From the NCBI GenBank assembly GCA_951406725.2, contig OX597839.1:26536001-26600000 (forward strand): DNA of 64,000 bases, in the 5' to 3' direction. The stretch is from Octopus vulgaris. Its lineage: Eukaryota. The translations under genes and the position numbers were made by a program. The notes under the pieces were generated by a model. That model did no database searches, was not told the origin of the DNA, and was given only the letters and a program-made list of their open reading frames with translations. Of this stretch, positions 1 through 14,301 are shown piece after piece (the stretch's first letter is position 1; each line of letters opens with the position of its first letter).

Positions 1-34
1 TTACTGCTCATTATTATTATTATTATTATAACAT

Positions 35-65
<31 letters not shown>

Positions 66-720
66 GCTGCTGCTGCTACTACATTATTTGCTTGTCTTTT
101 GATAAATAACAAAACAGAAAGTGGTGCAGGCATGGCTGTGTGGTAAAATATTTGATTCCTAACCATATGGTACTGGGTTCAGTTCTACCATGTGATAAAT
201 AGGTTGTGTCTTCTAGCACAGGTTAGGGTCGACCAAAGCTCTATGAGCCGATTTGGTTGACAGAAACTGAAAGAAGCCTGCTGTGTGTGTGTGTGTGTGT
301 GTGTGATAACCAGTGTTCGTGTGACTTAGTGGTTCAGCAAAAGAGACCAATAGAATAAGTACCAGGCTTTAAAAAACAAAGTATCGGGATCAATTTGTTT
401 AAGTAAAATTCTTGAAGATGGTGCCCCAGCATGGCCACAGTCTAATGACTGAAACAAAAGATAAAATAAATATTGAAAACTCCACATATATATGCATGTA
501 CAATCTATACAAACATCCACCACAAAAACTCTGTATTCTTTTACTCTTTCTTTGTTTCAGTCCTTTGAAAGCGGTCATGCTGGAGCACTGCCTTTAGTCG
601 AACAACTTTGTAAGCCCAGTACTTATTCTATTGGTTTCTTTTGCTGAAATGCTAAGTTATGGGGACATAGACATGCCACCATTGGTTGTCAAGTGATGGT
701 GGGGGGACAAACACACATAC

Positions 721-777
<57 letters not shown>

Positions 778-3124
778 TATATATGATGGGTTTCTTTCAG
801 TTTCCGTCTACCAAATCCACTCACAAGGCTTTGGTCAGCCTGAAGCTATAGTAGAAGACACTTGCCCAAGGTGCCATGCAGTAGGACTGAACTTGGAACC
901 ATGTGGTTGGGAAGCAAGCTACTTACCACACAGCCACTCCCGCACGAATATGTTTATACTTTTATATTAAATTTCAGTCTATAATATTTATGTGCAAAAT
1001 ATGACCTCAACAAGATTTTCATTTTCAGTAGAAAGAGTGGAGTAGGAGAATGGATCCATAGGTTTTCCTTATAAAAATTTTATTTTTTCCCCCTTTCTTT
1101 TCCTGAAATTTCTTTGAGTTCCTATGTTTTCCATGCTGGCATGGGTTGGATCGTTTGACAGGAGCTGGTATGGCTGAGGTCCACATCATGCTCCTCCACT
1201 GTCTCTATTGGCTTGGTTTCTATGGCTGGATGTCCTTGCTAATGCCAACCACTTTACTGTGTGTACTGGGTGCTTTTTACAGGGCACGATGGCACCATTG
1301 CCAGTGCTTTATATGTGGCACCATCACTATTGCTTTTCAATGTGGCACCAGCTCCAGCAATTTTCAATATGGCACCAGCACCAGCAGGGTCACTGAGTAA
1401 CTTGCAAGACAAAATCCTTTTCAGCTAGGAAGGGGAGTAGTAGTAGTAGTAGTAGAGAGGGCTTTGTGCCAGTTGATGAGAGATTGGAGCTATAGAGGGA
1501 CAGAGATAGGTGTCCTTCAGTGTAGATTAAAATCCATTCATCCAACTCTTGTCAGTGCTCACTATTCTTGGGAGTGTTGATGGGATGGGGTTCTCAAGGA
1601 TAGGGTCCTGTTAGAAGCAACTACTATTTGACTTTCCACCTGGGTTCTCCCAAGTATGACGAACTGAGACCATAGATATTATCCAACCATCTCATTCTTA
1701 ATTGACTGATGGGTTATCTGCTTGAAGAGTCCGTCTTGCAGTTCTTTCCAGCAACATTCTAATCACATGCCCATAACATTGTAGCTGTGACCTCTCTCTC
1801 ATTGCAGAGAAATAGCAACTTGATCTAGAAGGGTTACAATCACTGAAAAATTGTGAAGATGTAATTTTTTTTTTTTTTCATTTTAACCCACTTTAATCTT
1901 CAGGTTCAGAGAATGCAACCAGCCTTAACTTCTTTTTTCACAATTTACATGTGGGTGGGGGATTCAATTTTTAATCTGTTCCCAACCCCTGCCATTTTTC
2001 CTTCATTTCAAAGTATGTAAGCTGCTATGTTGGTTTTTTCTTTGACTCCTACCAATTTTTTTCTGAATTATATGTTTCAAACAAAGGGGATTAACATTCT
2101 GAATAAATAAAGGTTGGTTTTAGAGTAAAGATTAAGCAAAAAAGGGAGAGGATTAAAAACATTTTAATTTGTTTTGTTTGATTTTTCCTTTTTCCAAATT
2201 TATGAAATTTATTTCCTTTCTGAATTTTCAGATCCCCACCCCACAAATGAAAAGGCTACAAAGGGGGAGGGGTGAGCACCAGGTGATGAAAACCAGAATG
2301 ATTGACCTACATAGAAAGGTAAAAAAAAACTCCAGCAGTGCAACTGTGTCAGCAACCAGGTTGCAGTTGGTGCAACAAAAATTTTAATGACAGATAATAG
2401 AGGTTTAAGTGAAATTAGCAGTCTTAGTGGTTTTGACGGCTAATACATGCCTTTCACACTATAATTGTTTGAATTTCAATACAGTTTCTGATGTACCTGC
2501 CAGGTAAGTACATCTTCAAAAAAATATTTCATGTTCTAAAGAAAGTTCCTTCAGAGTGCAAAACTGAGTATTCTGTAGTTTCATATTTATTCTGATGGCA
2601 CTTCAGTTCCAGTTCTTGTTTTAACACATCTTTGACACTCATTCCTCTTTCTCTAACTCACAATTCGACGTTTTATATTCAAGTTAGCCAGATCTGGCCT
2701 CTCACATCTACCCTACAATGTTGTTCATTTTAAGGATAAACAATCTCAACATTGAAATCTTAAAGTTATGAGACAATGCATGATTTCCCTCCCTTCCTCC
2801 ATCTGCCTCTTGACGACGACGATGATGGCGGCAACGACGACGACAATAATAATAATAATAAACCTGTGGGAATGGCGGTTCTCCTTCCAAAACCAATGTA
2901 ATCAGAATCCCAATAAACTAAAACTTTAATTTCAAATTTTCAGAACTGGCAAACATTTTAAGTAACTCCATCCAGTGTTTTCCCTGAACATAAAATGAAA
3001 ATTGAGAACTTTCAGTTTGCCATTCACTTTCCACTTTTCACAAATAATATGCGTCTCTAATTTCTAGGCTTAAAAACAGGGATGTGTACACACAGAGTAT
3101 AGTATTCTGAAGCTGCCATACACA

Positions 3125-3525
3125 TCTTTATATATAAAAGTGAAGTTGTGTGAGTGTCTGTCTCCTACGATTTAGATTCCTAACTACTCCCACATTTTGC
3201 GGTACAGTTTAACCAAAACCGCGTATCTTATAGTCGTGATTCATATCGAGCCCTTCTGGGTATTAGCGCACGTCTACGATGAGTCAACGATTTAAAAAAA
3301 ATTTACCATCATTTTTTTTCCATTTTAATGCATTTTTTTCGCTATTATATAAGGGAAGTAACTCTCTAAAAATGTCTACGATGAGTCAACGATTTAAAAA
3401 AATTTACCATCATTTTTTCCCCATTTTTAATGCATTTTTTTTTGCTATTTTTGGCTATAACTCTCTAAAAATGCTTATATAGTTATTTCCCTTACAAACC
3501 CGAGCAACGCCGGGCGATACTGCTA

Positions 3526-3526
<1 letters not shown>
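3125..3526 (+). mobile_element. Non-autonomous Helitron
   Basis: 5' A|TC-TTTATATATAAAA; subterminal GC hairpin cccgagcaacgccggg (3499-3514); 3' CTAG|T; internal ~100-bp tandem duplication. Confidence 0.8.
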
Positions 3527-3567
<41 letters not shown>

Positions 3568-3641
3568 TGGTAAAAATGGTAAGATAACAAAAGAAAGAAA
3601 GAGACCTCAATATTATGTAAATAATATTTTTTCAGATGGCC

Positions 3642-3704
3642 AGATAACCGAAGAGATGGTGTTGTGGATTTCCACCTCGGCATCCGAAACTCAGAGTTTT
3701 ATCT
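3642..3704 (+). ncRNA. Variant hammerhead motif (CCGAAGA core)
   Basis: agataa-CCGAAGA-gatg...catcc-GAAA-ctcagag-TT-ttatct; 6-bp stem I, near-palindromic stem III. Confidence 0.5.
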
Positions 3705-4011
3705 TGGCTATTGAATAATTGTCACATATTAATTTACAGATATATATATATATATATATATATAATATAATGTATATATATATAATGTATGTATCTCAGT
3801 ATCATTTGTTGATGTATACTCTTTTACTCTTTTACTTGTTTCAGTCATTTGACTGCGGCCATGCTGGAGCACCGCCTTTAATTGAGCAACTCGACCCCGG
3901 GACTTATTCTATCAGTCTCTTTTTGCCGAACCGCTAAGTGACGGGGACGTAAACACAGACACACAATGCTAGGGGGACAACACACAGACACGCATATATA
4001 TATATATATAT

Positions 4012-4060
<49 letters not shown>

Positions 4061-5586
4061 ATGGGCTTCTTTCAGTTTCCATCTACCAAATTCACTCACA
4101 AGGCTTCGGTCGGCCCGAGGCTATAGTAGAAGACACTTGCCCAAGGTGCCACGCAGTGGGACTGAACCCAGAACCATGTGGTTGGTAAACAAGCTACTTA
4201 CCACACAGCCACTCCTGCGCCTATATTTTCATTTTTTATTTCTTGAGTCTTTTTAGCTAAATTCGTTTTGAGGCTGTGCTAAAACACAAACTCAAATATG
4301 CACAGACGCACGTGCACACACACAAGCTAGTAAATAATGTATAAAAATTTAATAAAAATAACAAAAAAAATACCAAAAAACAAATAGCTAAACCAAAACA
4401 TAAACTGCAGAGCACTGTAGTAAACTAATACCAATTCCTGTGAAAGAGGAATTTTCACAAGAAGTGAAAGGAATGGCAGCAGCTTCATCTTCATCTCTGT
4501 TTGTCTTTCTTCCTCATCTTGACCTAGTGGCTTGGCAAGTTGTCAAGCTTCAACACTAGATGAGAATGATTAGCACAACCAAAATAGAAAGCTGGAAGAT
4601 TCTGGGGGAAGGTGGGGGGGGGGGCTGTAATGGCGTTCAACTGTTCTCTAGAGAGAAGAATGGTATGGTAACGCATACTACTAGTTGCTACTATCATCAA
4701 GTACACTATATCAATCACAAGGAATTCTCAGGTTACATTTCCTTGCTTCTGATACTAATCTCTCTCTCTCTTTCTCTCTCTCTCTCTGTCTCTGTGACAA
4801 TAACAAAACCTCCAGCTGTTGGCTTTCAAAATAATCTTAATAAATAAGAGAGGTGTGTAGAGTCGGGGAGGGAAGAATATATGGAACATCTGAGGACAGA
4901 GACATTAAATATCTAAATTCAATAACTGATATCATGTTAAAATATATCGATGTTTACCCCCACCGCAGTAACTCATGTTGAAAATCTTTAGCAAAAAAAA
5001 AAAAAAAAAAAAAAAAGCAAGTCATGAAGGAAAATAAAAAAGTGAGAAAAAGAAAAGAAATTTATAATAATGCAAATAGTTTTCATTATTTGACTCCCTC
5101 GCTTCATCTGTGTCAACAAACTTAGAATATATTGTTGCAATATACAAATAACCTATTGTGACTCTCTATAAACCCAAATCAGACACTGGAAACAAGTGTT
5201 GACTTCGGTTATTGGCCTTTTATGCTCTGATTTCAAATCTTTCTTAGTGTTTATTTCTATTTGCAAAACATGTAGTTTTGAGTTCGATACCAATGTACAG
5301 CACCATGGGATGGTATTGTCTACTATAGCCTAGGGTTGACTAGTGCTTTGTGAACAAAATAGAGAGGGGGAGGCATAAATATACCTATGTTTATATTGGT
5401 GTATACATGTACACACACACAAGCACAATACATACATATGTATATACAAATTCATTATGTACATACATACACACACACACACACACATATATATAATGGG
5501 AAGGTTTACGAAAATAAACAAAAGACGAAGGCAGGTGGAGTACAAACAAACAAATGTATTAGTATAGCGATCAGGAATAGAAAAAG

Positions 5587-5624
5587 TCTTTTACGTTTCG
5601 AGCCTACGCTCTTCAACAGAAAGA
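5587..5624 (-). ncRNA. Degenerate minimal hammerhead motif of the Penelope pLTR type
   Basis: tcttt-CTGTTGA-a-gagc gtag gctc-GAAA-cg-TA-aaaga; core has an A-to-T change. Confidence 0.45.
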
Positions 5625-6873
5625 TACACAGAAAAAAAACAAGGAGAGAAAAAAATGCGTGTAGGAGCTAACAATCTATCATGGCGTCAGAGAGAGAGAG
5701 AGAGAGAGAATGAAGCAAACAGACAGTTAAAACTCCTTGGGTTTGACATAATATATATACATATAAAGAATAGGCAAAGACAAAATTTTAAAATGACTGA
5801 CATTCAAGTATATAAGTACATATATATATATTCACCATCATCATCGTTTAACGTCCGCTTTCCATGCTAGCATGGGTTGGACGATTTGACTGAGGACTGG
5901 CGAACCAGATGGCTACACCAGGCTCCAATCTGATCTGGCAGAATTTCTACAGCTGGATGCCCTTCCTAACGCCAACCACTCCGAGAGTGTAGTGGGTGCT
6001 TTTATGTGCCACCGGCATGGAAGCAAGTTTGTTGCTCTGGCAACGATCACGCTCGGGTGGTACTCTTAGATCTCCACTAGCACGAATGCCAGTCATCGAA
6101 TTTGATTTCGATTCAAAATCGAAACTTACTCAAATTACATAGACTCAAAAGAATTAGAGAGGAGAAGGTATGGTGTTACAAGTCCGACAGCTGTTTCTGG
6201 GGGGGACTCAGCGACATCTCATAATGTTTGGTAGACGTAGTTCACCAAACATTTGCAACCAGTAATGGGAGCAAACAAACACTGAAAGAAAACCTTCCTT
6301 CTTCAAGGTGGAGAATGGACGTTAAACGACGATGATGATGATGATGATATATATATGTCTCACCATGGAAATGACTAGAGACCGAGACCTATGGAAGTAT
6401 GCTGTGCGTGAGAAGACCCGGCAAGACTAGTGAAGCCATAATCCGTGGCCCCTACCTGGGACGTAGTCAGTCCACCTGTGCATGCCTTCCTTCTTGTGAC
6501 ACTTGTGAAGACCTGTTGAGGCAAGTGAGAATCGAATCGAATCAAATCAAATCAAATCAAATCGAACCAAATCAAAATAGATGAACATCAATGGAATTTG
6601 TATCCTTGTGGTACCAGTGCCGGTGGCACATATGAAAACCATCCGAACGTGATCGTAGCCAGTACCGCAACGACTGGCCTCCGTGCTGAGGGCACGTAAC
6701 AAACACCATCCGAGCGTGGCCGTCTGCCAGCCTCGTCTGGCACCTGTGTCGGTGGCACATAAAATCACCCACTACACTCTCGGAGTGGTTGGCGTATAGG
6801 CAGAGCATTCAGCTGTAGAAACACTGCCAGATCTCATTTGCAACCTCTCTCTTGCCAGATTGATATATATATA

Positions 6874-6923
<50 letters not shown>

Positions 6924-7073
6924 TAAGGGTTCAGCAAAAAAATTTACTTTACCACACACCAAACTTTACTCAAAGTAATGTTTAAATTTACCATAAATGG
7001 TCCTTTTACATACTTAACACTGCTTGGTAAAATTATTAATTACTAATTAATTAATTTTACCCTTATTATTATT

Positions 7074-7145
<72 letters not shown>

Positions 7146-7544
7146 TATTATGCAGACATTAAGTCATAGCAGCAACCTGGTAGAACCGTTAGCACGCCCG
7201 ACAAAATGCTTAGTGGTATTTCGTCTACCACTAGATTCTGAGTGCAAATTCTGCTGAGGTTGACTTTGCCTGTCATCCTTTCGGGGTCAAGAAAATGAGT
7301 ACCAGTGAGATACTGGGGTCGATATAATTGACTAACCACCTCCCCACAAATTTCAGGCCTTGTGACTATAATAGAAATTATTACCCTTTATAAGGTGGAA
7401 AAATTGTTGTCAACAGACAGCCACGGCACTCGAACCTACAACCCTCAGACACTGGCTGAGTATTCTACCATTAAGCTAAACTGTTTACTGACATCTTCTA
7501 AGGGTAATAATAGCTGATCTTTCTGCTGTTTTCATGGCTATACT

Positions 7545-7761
7545 CTTACTCTTTTACTCTTTTCCTTGTTTCAGTCATTTGACTGCGGCCATGCTGGAGC
7601 ACCGCCTTTAGTCGAGCAAATTGACCCTGGGACTTATTCTTTGTAAGCCCAGTACTTATTCTATCGGTCTCTTTTGCCGAACCGCTAAGTGACGGGGACG
7701 TAAACACACCAGCATCGGTTGTCAAGCAATGCTAGGGGGACAAACACAGACACACAAACAT

Positions 7762-7814
<53 letters not shown>

Positions 7815-7976
7815 TACGACGGGCTTCTTTCAGTTTCCGTCTACCAAATCCACTCACAAAGCATTGGTCGGCCCGGGGCTATAGCAGAAGACACTTGCCC
7901 AAGATGCCGCGCAGTGGGACTGAACCCGGAACCATGTGGTTGGTTAGCAAGCTACTTACCACACAGCCACTCCTAT
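7545..7976 (-). mobile_element. Dominant tRNA-derived SINE with internal (TA)n/(TG)n, representative copy
   Basis: Head GGAGTGGCTGTGTGGTAAG...GGTTCAGTCCC, CTTGGGCAAGT core, tail GGCGGTGCTCCAGCATGGCCGCAGTC...(GAGTAAAA)n. Other copies at ~540-945, 3820-4222, 9920-10350, 12225-12615, 14772-15200, 24355-24733, 27281-27700, 34908-35310, 54026-54537, plus many fragments. Confidence 0.9.
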
Positions 7977-8460
7977 GCTGCATTCAAAATATTACCTTCT
8001 TGTCTGTATAATATGATACCCATTGGATGCTTTTACAAGGATACAAAATGAAGTTTATTCACGCACACAAGGTACTACCATGAGTGCAAGAGAGTGTATT
8101 TTTTATTATTATTTTTCATACTTTATTTCCTCGCTTGTCTTCATGGCATGCACGTAGGCTAACACATTGCACCACCCCCGTTTATTTTATTTAGAACTTG
8201 GCGCCATTGCCTGCACCGTTCAGCTTCCTTTGACTGGGGTGTGAGTTTTGTTTTACTTCTTTCTCCATTCTCAAGAGGTGTGGAGAGATTTATTACTATG
8301 TATACTTAACATCAAAATAGCATTCCACAATTTACTCTCTCAACCGGCACCGAGACGAGAGAGCCAATGTGCATTCTATGCTCTTTGTGTGAAAAATCCT
8401 AAACGTTAAATTTTATTTCAATTCACCAAAAGAAAACATTTTTTTTTTCACATGATGTAA

Positions 8461-8848
8461 TTAGTTAGTTAGTTAATTAATTTTTGGCTCAAAAGCAAAT
8501 AGCAAGGCCATGTAGGGGGACATGGAGTTAAGTACAGGGTGGTGTTCATGTAAAGAGTTCAGGCCACTTGAGGTCAAGGGAGACTTTGAACAAAGCAGTC
8601 GTCGGCATCTTCACCATCTCGTCTGGCAGCTTGTTCCACGGATCCGCAACCCGGACGGAGAAAACTCCTCTCCTTCGATTGAGATGAAATCGTCGCAGGT
8701 AGAGCTTTTCGGAGTGACCCTGCAGCCGATGCTCTGGAGCAGGAGTGAAGAACAGCTCTTTCGAGAGGTTACACTTTCCGCTTATGATGTTGTGGGCGAG
8801 GATGAGATCACCACGGCGGCAGCGTTTTTCAAGAGAATAAAGGTCGAA
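8461..8848 (-). mobile_element. CR1-like LINE 3' fragment
   Basis: Translates to DLYSLEKRCRRGDLILAHNIISG...FSVRVADPWNKLP...FKVSLD, the typical CR1-group ORF2 C-terminus; (TAAC)n tail. Confidence 0.85.
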
Positions 8849-9499
8849 TAATTGATTTGTTCATCAAGAAAAAACGTCTGAAACAGCTGTAGTGAGACCC
8901 AGCCCATTTGCTTTATATGTGTGTGTGTGTGTGTGGATATGTGTATGCTTCTGTCTCCTTGCTTTGCCATTACACGACAGTTGTAAATGAGAATCACTGT
9001 CATACAAGCAGTGTTGTTCATTTTCCAATATTTTTCGAAAACATGTCTGGTCAAGGGAAAATATTTACTTTGCTTGGAAACAGGTGTGGTAGGTATCTGG
9101 CCATTGGAAAATTGCCTTGATAAACTCTACCTGACCTGTGCAAGTATGAAAAAGTAGTCCTTAAAATAATGATATATACATACACACACTTCCTTTCTGT
9201 GAAAGAGCATAGACTGAGATATCAAGAACTCTTCCACTTTTCTCGCTGCTCCATCACTTGTCTTGGCCCTCTGTTCCTTGTGCAATTTTGAACTATTCTT
9301 TTATTCTTTTGCCTGTTTCAGTCATTTGTGGCCCTTCCTAATGCTGACCACTCCTAGAGTGCAATGGGTGCTTTTACGAGCCACCAGCACAGGTGCTAAT
9401 TGTATGGCACCAGTATATGCTACAACTACGATTTCACTTGGCCTGTTGGGTCTTGTTCTCAACCTTGTGCGTGCAAGTGTATACATACACACACACACA

Positions 9500-9547
<48 letters not shown>

Positions 9548-11245
9548 CCAATATATATATATATACACACACATATATATATATATATATATACATATAT
9601 AGACACACACACATACATATATACACATATAGACACACACACATACATACATGAATGCATGCTAACAGTTTGTGAACAATATCGTTAAAGGTTAGTTTTT
9701 CTGAAAGACCCATTTGTAGGTCACTGCAAAAAATGATATGGGGTGTGTCTAACTTGACAGGAGGAACTTCCTTTGTAATGCAGTCTCTGCTTTCCCTATT
9801 TTTTTTTTTTTTCATCTTTCTTGGTGGAATGAAGGGTATATATACATACATGTTAATCCAAACAATTTAACTGTGGAAAGTAGAAATTATACAGATCAAT
9901 CGTGTACAAACAACTACACCTGTGTGGTAAGGAGCTTGCTTACAAACCACATGGTTCCAGGTTCAGTCCTACTGCGTGGCACCTTGGGCAACTATCTTCT
10001 ACTATAGCCTCAGGCCGACCAAAGCCTTGTGAGTGGATTTGGCAGACGGAAACTGAAAGAAGCCTGTCACACATATATATTCTGTTGTGTCTGGGGGAGA
10101 GTCTCTCCCCAGAAACAACAAAATATGCTTCAACACACGAACTCACGTAAAGAATCTTGCAAACGAAATCCAAAAACAAAATAAAATTATATATGTGTGC
10201 GTTTGTCCCTGTAACTTAGCAGTTTGGCAAAAGAAATCAATAGAATAAGTACTAGGCTTACTAAGAATAAGTCCTGGGGTCAATTTTTTTAGACTAAAGG
10301 TGGTGCTCCAGCACGGCCACAGTGAAATGACTCGAAAGAGTAAAAGAGTATTAATTCATCTCTCATTATTTATTATTTTTTTCTTTCTTTCTTTTTCTTT
10401 TCAAAAGAAATCTACTAATCATTTTAGGATTAGGATTTAGAGGAGATTACGAGTTTAAGCAGTCACATCTCTTCTCTCTTGTACCATCTGATTCAGTCAG
10501 CACATTGAAACAAGACGACACACCTGGAGGCAAAACTGACTGCACCGAATAAAGTGGTATTTGGAAAGTATTAGCAACAGCAACCGAAAAACGACTTCAG
10601 CTAGATTGGTCTACTCTATCAAGGCTGACTGAGAGCAACTACACAATGTCTGTTGTTGTTGTTGTTGTTGCTATTTATCCTCGAGTGAACTCTTAGCGAG
10701 CAAGACCTATCATAAATGTCCTGTAATTTTGTGAAAGTATACCTAGGACTACAATTATCCAATGTATCCTGGTCCACTTTTTTTTTTGGTTTGTTTTGTT
10801 TTACAGCAACAGGATGTGATGTGGAGAACCGGCTGCTATTTTTAACAGGTCAAGTAATTGCATAGCAGGTCAAGCAACAGCACAGAACAGGTCAAGTGTC
10901 TACATAGCAACTCTTTTGTAAGCTAAGGATAGGCTTCAGGAACTGGCTGACATTAGAACAAACTGACATAAGTGAATGTCATACCCTCAAGATGATGCAG
11001 CATAGGGTGTGTCCAGGGGAGAATTTTTAGATCTGGTAGGGCCAATTAATCTCTGGATCTGACCACAGTTGGTTATTTGAGAGGAGAGGGGGTGATTTGG
11101 GAGAGGGAGCAGAAGAGAGAGAGGGGGTAAGGAAAAATAGGGAGGAACCAACCCATGTACAGAACTGGCACTTAATTTAAAAGGGTTAAAAAGCAGAGTT
11201 GACATCGGCAGTATTTGAGAGAGGGGGCAGGAGAGAGAGAGAGCA

Positions 11246-11411
<166 letters not shown>

Positions 11412-13646
11412 TGGAACAAATACGACATAGCTCCAAATGTCTGAATGGTTTGAATTCTGTTATCTGAGAGAAAGTCTGAGCAGGATGTGAAAGGAAGGAA
11501 AAAACATGTCAAGGGTTACAGAATGGGAAACAAACTTGAGAAACCAGATGTTGTCTTTGTTAATAAAGTATTCTCACCATGATATTTTGTCTCTGTAGTC
11601 CAAGAGATAGGTTTGTATGATACAAGAGACATGGGACAGATAAAACAGACAATGAATCTAGAGTGCATAAAGATTACACATACACATTTATACATGCATA
11701 CAGGAAGAGTTACAGTATTTGTGTCTTGTCCCATAAACATTCCCAAGTATTTCTAGGTGTGCAATATAATATAATGTACATGTTATGAACCTTTATGTCA
11801 TTCGTTCTGTTTCACTTCCATTTTTCCATTCCAGCATGGGAAAGATGAGTATATATTACTGAGACATTGTTTTACATCCAGATTGCCCTCCAGTTATTAA
11901 ACCCTTACCAGGCTCTCAAGTAGGAGGTTTTCGTTTCATTCTGTGTGTCTTTGAAAGCACAGAACTAGCAAATGTTTTGCTGACAGGGACTCAGCAATAA
12001 AAGTCCCCTCCTTTGCAGCTTAGTGCTATTTTCATACAGGCACGGACTATCACAGGTCAACCAGTCCTGAAATGCAGGATACCACAAGAATCATACTAAC
12101 ATTGCTTACATTCATTCTCTACTGTAAAGAAAAAATTAATCCCTTCTCTTAATCAGTCTTTTCTGTTCAGTAATGGAATCGTTACAAGACTAGGCTTTTA
12201 ACTTGGAAAATTTTCAACAAGACTCTCTTTACTCTTTTATTTGTTTCAGTCATGTGACTGTGGCCATGCTGGAGCACTGCCTTTGGTCGAGCAAATCGAC
12301 CCCAGGACTTATTCTTTGTAAGCCTAGTACTTATTCTATTGGTCTCTTTTGCCGAACCGCTAAGTTACGGTGACGTAAACACACCAGCATCGGTTGTCAA
12401 GTGATGTTGGGGGGACAAACACAGACACACACACACATAATATACATATATACGATGGGCTTCTTTCAGTTTCCGTCTCCCAAATCCACTCACAAGGCTT
12501 TGTTCGACCCGAGGCTATAGTAGAAGACACTTGCCCAAGGTGCCACGCAGTGGGACTGAACCTGGAACCATGTGGTTGGTAAACAAGCTACTTACCACAC
12601 AGTCACTCCTACGTCTATATGCACGAGGTGTATAGTTTCTTCAGTATACTGAGAAAGAACAAATGTTTTAAAAGAAAAGAAAAAAAAAGAACTGTCAAAA
12701 AATGCAACATTGTCCAAAAATTTATAGCTAGCTCGACATTATGTGGTTAGCAAGCTGAATTGGCACAGCACAAATTTTTTTCAGAAAAAAGGAATATATG
12801 ACAGCTGGACAACTCTAATGTTCCAAAAATAGAACCAACTTGAAAATCAGTTGTTATCTGAAGCAGTAAATGTAAAAAGGAAATTAGCCATTCCACACAC
12901 ATTTATCTTATTGCATTTTTCTTTATATAGATTAAATAAGAAATGACTAATATACTACAACTACTACAAAAATTACAGAGTTTGTTAGTCTAAAGCTGGT
13001 GTTACAGAGTCTTTATCTTTGCTTGTTATATAGGTATTAGATGTAGTAAATAATAATAATAATAATAATAATCCTTTTTACTGTAGGCACAAAGGCCTGA
13101 AATTTGGGGGGAGGGAGTAAGTCGATCACAACGACCCCAGGATGAAAGGCAAAGTCAAACTCAGCAAAATTTGAACTCAGAACATAGTGATGGGTAAAAT
13201 ACCTATTTCTTTACTACCCACAAGGGGCTAAACACAGAGGGGACAAACAAGGACAAACGGATTAAGTCGATTAGATTGACCCCCCCAGTGCGTAACTGGT
13301 ACTTATTTAATCGACCCCAAAAGGATGAAAGGCAAAGTTGGCCCCAGCGGAATTTGAACTCAGAATGTAGCAACAGATGAAATACCACTAAGCATTTTAC
13401 CCGGTATGATGATGATGATGATGGTGGTGGTTTCAAATTTCAGCACAGGGCCAGCAATTTTGGGGGAGAAGATAAGTCGAATACAAAAACCCCAGTACTT
13501 GACTGGTATTTATTTCACTGACCCCGAAAAGATGAAAGACAAAATCAACCACGGCAGAATTTGAGCTCAGAACATAAAGATGAAGACTGGTGAAATGTTG
13601 CTAAGCATTTTGTCCAGCTTCCCACCTTAATAATAATAATAATAAT

Positions 13647-14267
13647 ATCTCTAGCTGCCCAGTCCTGGCTAAGAAGGAATATATTCACAGACATGACAGA
13701 GTTGGAACCTACATACATTGGAAGCTATGCCAACATTATGGAATAACAACAGAAAAAAGATGGTATAGGCACACACCAGAAAAGGTCACAAAAAACAAGA
13801 AAGCAACCATACTCTGGGATATGCCGATACACACAGACAGAGAAATTAAGGCCAACAGACCAGATATAGTTGTCAGAGACCATGAAGGAAAAAATGCTTT
13901 CTAATTGATGTATCAATACCGGCAGATGACAACGTGTCTCTAAAAGAAATGGAGAAACTCTCAAAATACAAAGACCTGGAAATAGAGGTAACCAGAATGT
14001 GGAATCTGAAAACAGAAACAATTCCTATCATAGTAGGTGCATTAGGCATGATAAAAAAATATTCAGACAAATACATAACAAAAACACCAGGACTTACAAA
14101 CACATATAACATACAGAAAATTGCACTACTAGGCACTGCACACATCCTACGCAGAACACTTTCCATACAATAACCATCAGAGCATCACAACAAATCACAG
14201 CACATACCCAAGGCACACAGAGCTGCGCTCGGTAGTGAAGTGAAAGCACACTATAAAAATAAAACTA

Positions 14268-14270
<3 letters not shown>
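13647..14270 (+). mobile_element. 5'-truncated non-LTR retrotransposon with restriction-like endonuclease (R4/Dong-like)
   Basis: ISSCPVLAKKEYIHRHD...RPDIVV...IDVSIP...EKLSKYKDL...PIIVGALG motifs; one frameshift near 13890; (TAA)n on both sides. Confidence 0.85.

Positions 14271-14301
<31 letters not shown>

Noticed and set aside
686-970. Recurrent ORFs YQIHSQGFGQPEAIVEDTCPRCHAVG
   Set aside because: Antisense translation of the dominant SINE, repeated many times in the window.
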